Shown: in pieces, positions 60,471 to 64,000 of the stretch
Layout of the letters: each line of letters begins with the position of its first letter
Numbering within the stretch: the stretch's first letter is position 1
From: an uncultured bacterium
GTDB lineage: Bacteria; SAR324; NAC60-12
DNA length: 64,000 nt
Direction of reading: 5' to 3'
NCBI GenBank assembly: GCA_965662235.1
Contig: CBFIGY010000001.1
Coordinates: 352,001 to 416,000 of the forward strand
Made by a program: the position numbers and the translations under genes
Notes under the pieces: generated by a model
The model's database searches: none
Told to the model about the DNA's origin: nothing
What the model saw: the letters and a program-made list of their open reading frames with translations, nothing else

Positions 60471-61628
60471 CTAAGCGGTTCGACGCTGGAGGACCTGATC
60501 CAACGCCTCATTGAATTGATCGGGAGGCCAGGATTCCTGAAGCGCCCGGACGATCAAAGCCTGTTGGGTTTCCGGGGCGGATCCCTGGAGGGGCGGGTCG
60601 GAATCGAGGTTGGTGGGGAAGGAGTAGCCATCGGCGACAGAACCTCCAAGCCACCGGAGGGCCCCGGTCGGAAATTGCTGGCGGGTGTGCTTCTCCAGCA
60701 ACAGCGGGTAGTTCCGCTTGATCAGCTTCTCCCAGTTGATTGTCTCCATGGTTTTGCCAAAGGCAACCGACACCTGGAGAAGGTTGGCAATGCGGTCCTG
60801 CGACTCGTGGTTTGTGCCTGCGGCATGGAAGAGGGCGGGACTGAAGAAAACCGCGTCTCCCTTCTTGAGCGGAAGCTGGACGGCGTGCTCCTCAAAGAAT
60901 GCTGCAAAGTCCGGATGCCGCCAGGCGAGGTAGCCGAGCGGGTACTGCTGCGAGAAGGGAAGGAGCATCGTGGGGCCCGACTCCACGCTCATGTCCGTGT
61001 GGGCCACGGCACCCTGCAGGGTCAGGAACTGAGAAGCCACCTGGACGGAAACCGGGAACTGCTCCACAGTGGCCTGGTCCTGAAACCCAAGGTGGTAGTC
61101 GCGGTGTGGCTTCTGTGCCTGCCCGCCTGGTTTGACGATGTTGACCTGAGAGGTCATCTGAAAGAACGGGCCCAGCCACGCCTCTGAAACCAGTCCAATG
61201 GCGGAGTTCGTGTAGTAATCAATGAAGCCTTCCGGGTCCACTTCTCCAAACTTCTGGAGGGCGTTCCAGATCCGCTCATTGTCCCCAGGTTTGGCAAAGT
61301 GATCTCCCCGATGCTGGGCATGCTGCTTTTCTTCAGCAATGATGCGCTGAAAGACTTCTGTGGCGCGGTCAATGACGTCATGATCCGTGAGCGCCTCTTG
61401 AATGACGAGGACGCCCGGGCCGTCCTTGAGGGCCCGATGCAGTTCGGCCTTGAGGGCGAGTTCCTGGGCGGGCTCTGTCGCGTTCCGGAAGGTCTCCCCC
61501 GCGTAAATCAGCACCTTGCGCTGAACGTCCCGAGCGAGCGGGTAGGCGTTCAGGTCAACGTCTTGGGCACAGAGGGCAGTGAAGTCCTCAAGGCGGATGT
61601 CGGTGGCGCAGGCAAATTCCTGAGACAT
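60471..61628 (-). CDS. Phytanoyl-CoA dioxygenase (PhyH) family Fe/2OG enzyme
   Basis: HRD...H triad (PHRDYH, LFHAAG), SGPT..LP.S; GGAG RBS. Confidence 0.85.
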   Translation of the reverse strand: MSQEFACATDIRLEDFTALCAQDVDLNAYPLARDVQRKVLIYAGETFRNATEPAQELALKAELHRALKDGPGVLVIQEALTDHDVIDRATEVFQRIIAEEKQHAQHRGDHFAKPGDNERIWNALQKFGEVDPEGFIDYYTNSAIGLVSEAWLGPFFQMTSQVNIVKPGGQAQKPHRDYHLGFQDQATVEQFPVSVQVASQFLTLQGAVAHTDMSVESGPTMLLPFSQQYPLGYLAWRHPDFAAFFEEHAVQLPLKKGDAVFFSPALFHAAGTNHESQDRIANLLQVSVAFGKTMETINWEKLIKRNYPLLLEKHTRQQFPTGALRWLGGSVADGYSFPTNLDSDPPLQGSAPETQQALIVRALQESWPPDQFNEALDQVLQRRTA

Positions 61629-61638
61629 GGGAGGCTCC

Positions 61639-62436
61639 TCATGGAGTGGGTGCATCAGCTCGGGCGAATTCCTTCAGCTCAAATTCAAGTTCCTGAAGCT
61701 CCTTGCCGCCGGCCATCATCTGCAGCACGTCTTCTCGGCTGACTTCGCTCTTGCGGAAGGTGCCCATGCTCTGGCCCCGGTTGAGCAGGGTGAATTTGTC
61801 GGCAATGGGGTAGGCATGGTGGACGTTGTGGGTAATGAGGATCACCGCCAGCCCCTGGGCACTAGCCCGGGCGACAAACCGCAGCACAATGGATGACTGC
61901 TTGACCCCCAAGGCGGCTGTGGGCTCATCGAGAATCAGCACCTTGGCCCCAAAGTGAATGGCCCGTGCAATGGCCAGGCACTGGCGCTCGCCTCCGGACA
62001 TGGTGCCTACTGCCTGGTTGGGGTCCCGGACCTTGATGCCGATCTCGTCCATCTTCTGCTTGGCAACGCGGTCGGCAGTTTCGTGGTCAAAGCGCTTGAA
62101 CGGCCCCCAGCCAATTTCAGGCTCCCGTCCCATGAAGAAGTTCCGTGTGACGCTCATCAGCGGCACCAGGGCGAGGTCCTGATAGACGGTGGCAATGCCC
62201 CGGTCCAGGGCGTCTCGGGGTGAGCTGAAGTACATGGGAGTGCCGTCGAGCAGCAGCTCGCCTTCATCCGGACGGTGGACTCCTGCCAGGGTCTTGATCA
62301 GCGTGGACTTCCCGGCGCCGTTGTCGCCCAGCAGGCAGAGGATTTCCCCTGCGTTGACTGAGGTCGAGATGCCCTTGAGGGCGATCACCGAGCCGAAGTA
62401 CTTGCTGACGTTCCGTAGTTCAATGGTCTCACTCAT
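61639..62436 (-). CDS. Sugar ABC ATPase (single domain)
   Basis: [25 protein letters not shown]. Confidence 0.93.
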   Translation of the reverse strand: MSETIELRNVSKYFGSVIALKGISTSVNAGEILCLLGDNGAGKSTLIKTLAGVHRPDEGELLLDGTPMYFSSPRDALDRGIATVYQDLALVPLMSVTRNFFMGREPEIGWGPFKRFDHETADRVAKQKMDEIGIKVRDPNQAVGTMSGGERQCLAIARAIHFGAKVLILDEPTAALGVKQSSIVLRFVARASAQGLAVILITHNVHHAYPIADKFTLLNRGQSMGTFRKSEVSREDVLQMMAGGKELQELEFELKEFARADAPTP

Positions 62437-63575
62437 CAGCGGGCCTCCGTCACTTTTTTGCGGATGAAGTTGTTGAAGATGACAGCAATCAGCAGCATCC
62501 CTCCGAGGAAGACCCGGAACCAGGAGGAGTCGATGCCCATGAAGAAGATGCCCATCTGCACCACTCCAAAGATCACGGCTCCAAAGCAGGCTCCAACAAC
62601 GGAACCGTAGCCTCCGGTTAACAGTGCCCCACCGATGACGGCTGCGATGATGGCCTCAAATTCCTTGAGCAGCCCCCGGTCTGCAGCGGCGGAGCCAAAC
62701 TCAATGACCTGGCAGGTGGCATAGACGGTCGCACAGAAGGCCGTGAACATGAACAGCAGAATCTTCACCCGATCTGCCGGCACCCCGACATTCCGGGCAG
62801 CAAGGGCATCGCCGCCAGAAGCAAAGATCCAGTTGCCAAAGCGGGTCTTCTGCAGCACCCACTGACAGACAATCACCAACCCAATGAACCAAAGGATCAC
62901 TGCCGGAATGCCCTGAACCAGTGGTGTTCCGTCAGCAAAGGTCTCGATCCAGCCGTTTTCCCCCAGCCACTGAAAAAAGCCCTGAAAGGCCTTGCCTCCG
63001 AACAGCGGAGCCAACCAGTCGCCCTGCTCCTCTGCCACGTCCCGGACGCCGCCGATGATGGTGCGGTTGGTGAAGTACTGAGAGAGACCGATGGTGAGGC
63101 CCCGGAGGATGAAGAGGAAGGCGAGCGAGACAATGAACGAGGGCAGTCCCGTTTTGATGACGATGTAGCCGTTGAGGAAGCCAATGGCCATGGCCCCCAC
63201 AAAAGCAAAGAGGATGGCCAACCACACAGGCCATCCCCAAAAGACTGAGGGAATGGCAACCATCATGCCGGCAAAACCGATCATTGAGCCAATGGAGAGG
63301 TCAAACTCTCCTGCAATCATCAGGAGGCAGGCCCCAATGGCGATCAGCCCGAGCTGGGCCGAGACGGTGCTCCAGTTGAGGATGCCGTCTGGGGCAAACA
63401 TGCCGGTATCTCCGGCAGTGATGCCAAAGAAGACAAACACGAGCAGTGCCCCAGAGATGGCTCCAAGTTCTGGTTTGTTCAGTTGCTTGCTGAGAAAAGA
63501 CACCTCACGGAGCCGCTCATCGCTTCCGGAGGGAGCGGCTGCCGCCGAAGCTGAGTTGGTCGGGTCGGACGGCAT
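62436..63575 (-). CDS. Sugar ABC permease (CUT2, inositol-transporter-like)
   Basis: [30 protein letters not shown]. Confidence 0.92.
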   Translation of the reverse strand: MPSDPTNSASAAAAPSGSDERLREVSFLSKQLNKPELGAISGALLVFVFFGITAGDTGMFAPDGILNWSTVSAQLGLIAIGACLLMIAGEFDLSIGSMIGFAGMMVAIPSVFWGWPVWLAILFAFVGAMAIGFLNGYIVIKTGLPSFIVSLAFLFILRGLTIGLSQYFTNRTIIGGVRDVAEEQGDWLAPLFGGKAFQGFFQWLGENGWIETFADGTPLVQGIPAVILWFIGLVIVCQWVLQKTRFGNWIFASGGDALAARNVGVPADRVKILLFMFTAFCATVYATCQVIEFGSAAADRGLLKEFEAIIAAVIGGALLTGGYGSVVGACFGAVIFGVVQMGIFFMGIDSSWFRVFLGGMLLIAVIFNNFIRKKVTEAR

Positions 63576-63609
63576 GAATCGCAGTGGAGTTGGAGGTCGA
63601 GGAGGAGGT

Positions 63610-63629
63610 GGGACCCCTAGTGGGGTCCC
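63610..63629 (-). terminator. Intergenic stem-loop after SBP
   Basis: GGGACCCC/GGGGTCCC inverted repeat. Confidence 0.4.
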
Positions 63630-63641
63630 TGAAGGAACCGG

Positions 63642-64000
63642 TTAGCGGTACTCGCCAGCCAGTTTTTCCACGAGGCCGACGTTCTCTTTGGTGACAAAGC
63701 CGGGACCCGAGTTTACGTTGTTGCCCGGCAGGACGCCGTAGCGGTTGTAGAGGGTAAGGACGGTGACCGGAATGTAACCCTGCAGGAACGGCTGCTGGTC
63801 AATTCCAAAGGCGATCACGCCATCTTTGATGCCCTGAGCAATCTCGCCACTCAGGTCAAAGGTGCCGAAGAAGATCTTCCCGGATTTCCCCATCTTGCTC
63901 AAAGCACGCAGGGTGGGGTGAGCGGAGGTCGGGCCGAGCGTCAGGATGCCGTTGGTGTCCGGGTTGGTCCGGAGGTAGGCCTGGACTTTGTTCTCAATTC
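63642..64000 (-). CDS. Sugar ABC substrate-binding protein, C-terminal part (truncated by window)
   Basis: TFDLS, IDQQPFLQGY, SGPGFV; frame open to window end. Confidence 0.88.
   Translation of the reverse strand, partial: IENKVQAYLRTNPDTNGILTLGPTSAHPTLRALSKMGKSGKIFFGTFDLSGEIAQGIKDGVIAFGIDQQPFLQGYIPVTVLTLYNRYGVLPGNNVNSGPGFVTKENVGLVEKLAGEYR

Overview
GC-rich (~60% by eye), densely coding bacterial chromosome segment. The gene mix is compatible with a marine deltaproteobacteria-like lineage such as SAR324 (inference only). I saw no rRNA, tRNA, CRISPR, transposase or prophage. Contents in order: kynU; a galactose operon combining De Ley-Doudoroff (dgoK, SDR) and Leloir (galT, galK) genes behind a cysteine-less flavoprotein reductase; an Mpo1/DUF962-like + hydrolase + unannotated 52-aa operon; a sigma54-driven catabolic island (dpp-type ABC, C45 Ntn-hydrolase, 35-aa ORF, enhancer-binding protein with no sensor domain, AtuA/DUF4387); a phosphorus-starvation / lipid-remodelling region (secreted phosphatase-like protein, PlcP-Agt, atypical Psd, membrane-anchored GSA-aminomutase-like enzyme, ppk2, Na/Pi symporter); cobS/cobT/DUF368/bolA; a SorC-regulated polyol cluster (two FGGY kinases, G1PDH-like, orphan hexuloisomerase-like, SDR); HNH, acnA, a 4CL-like ligase, an orphan FliM-like protein, a SutA-like small protein, csp; pal-tolQ-tolR-lpxB-tldD-pmbA; an M16 peptidase; a CBS protein; PhyH + sugar ABC. 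Strongest leads: (1) the palindrome TCCGGA is over-represented roughly 7-10x in three hand-counted samples (HIP1-like) but only about 3x in the sigma54 island; (2) a candidate new amino-lipid pathway beside plcP-agt; (3) the sigma54 island with its sensor-less activator; (4) a candidate new polyol route. All family calls come from motif recognition, not database searches.
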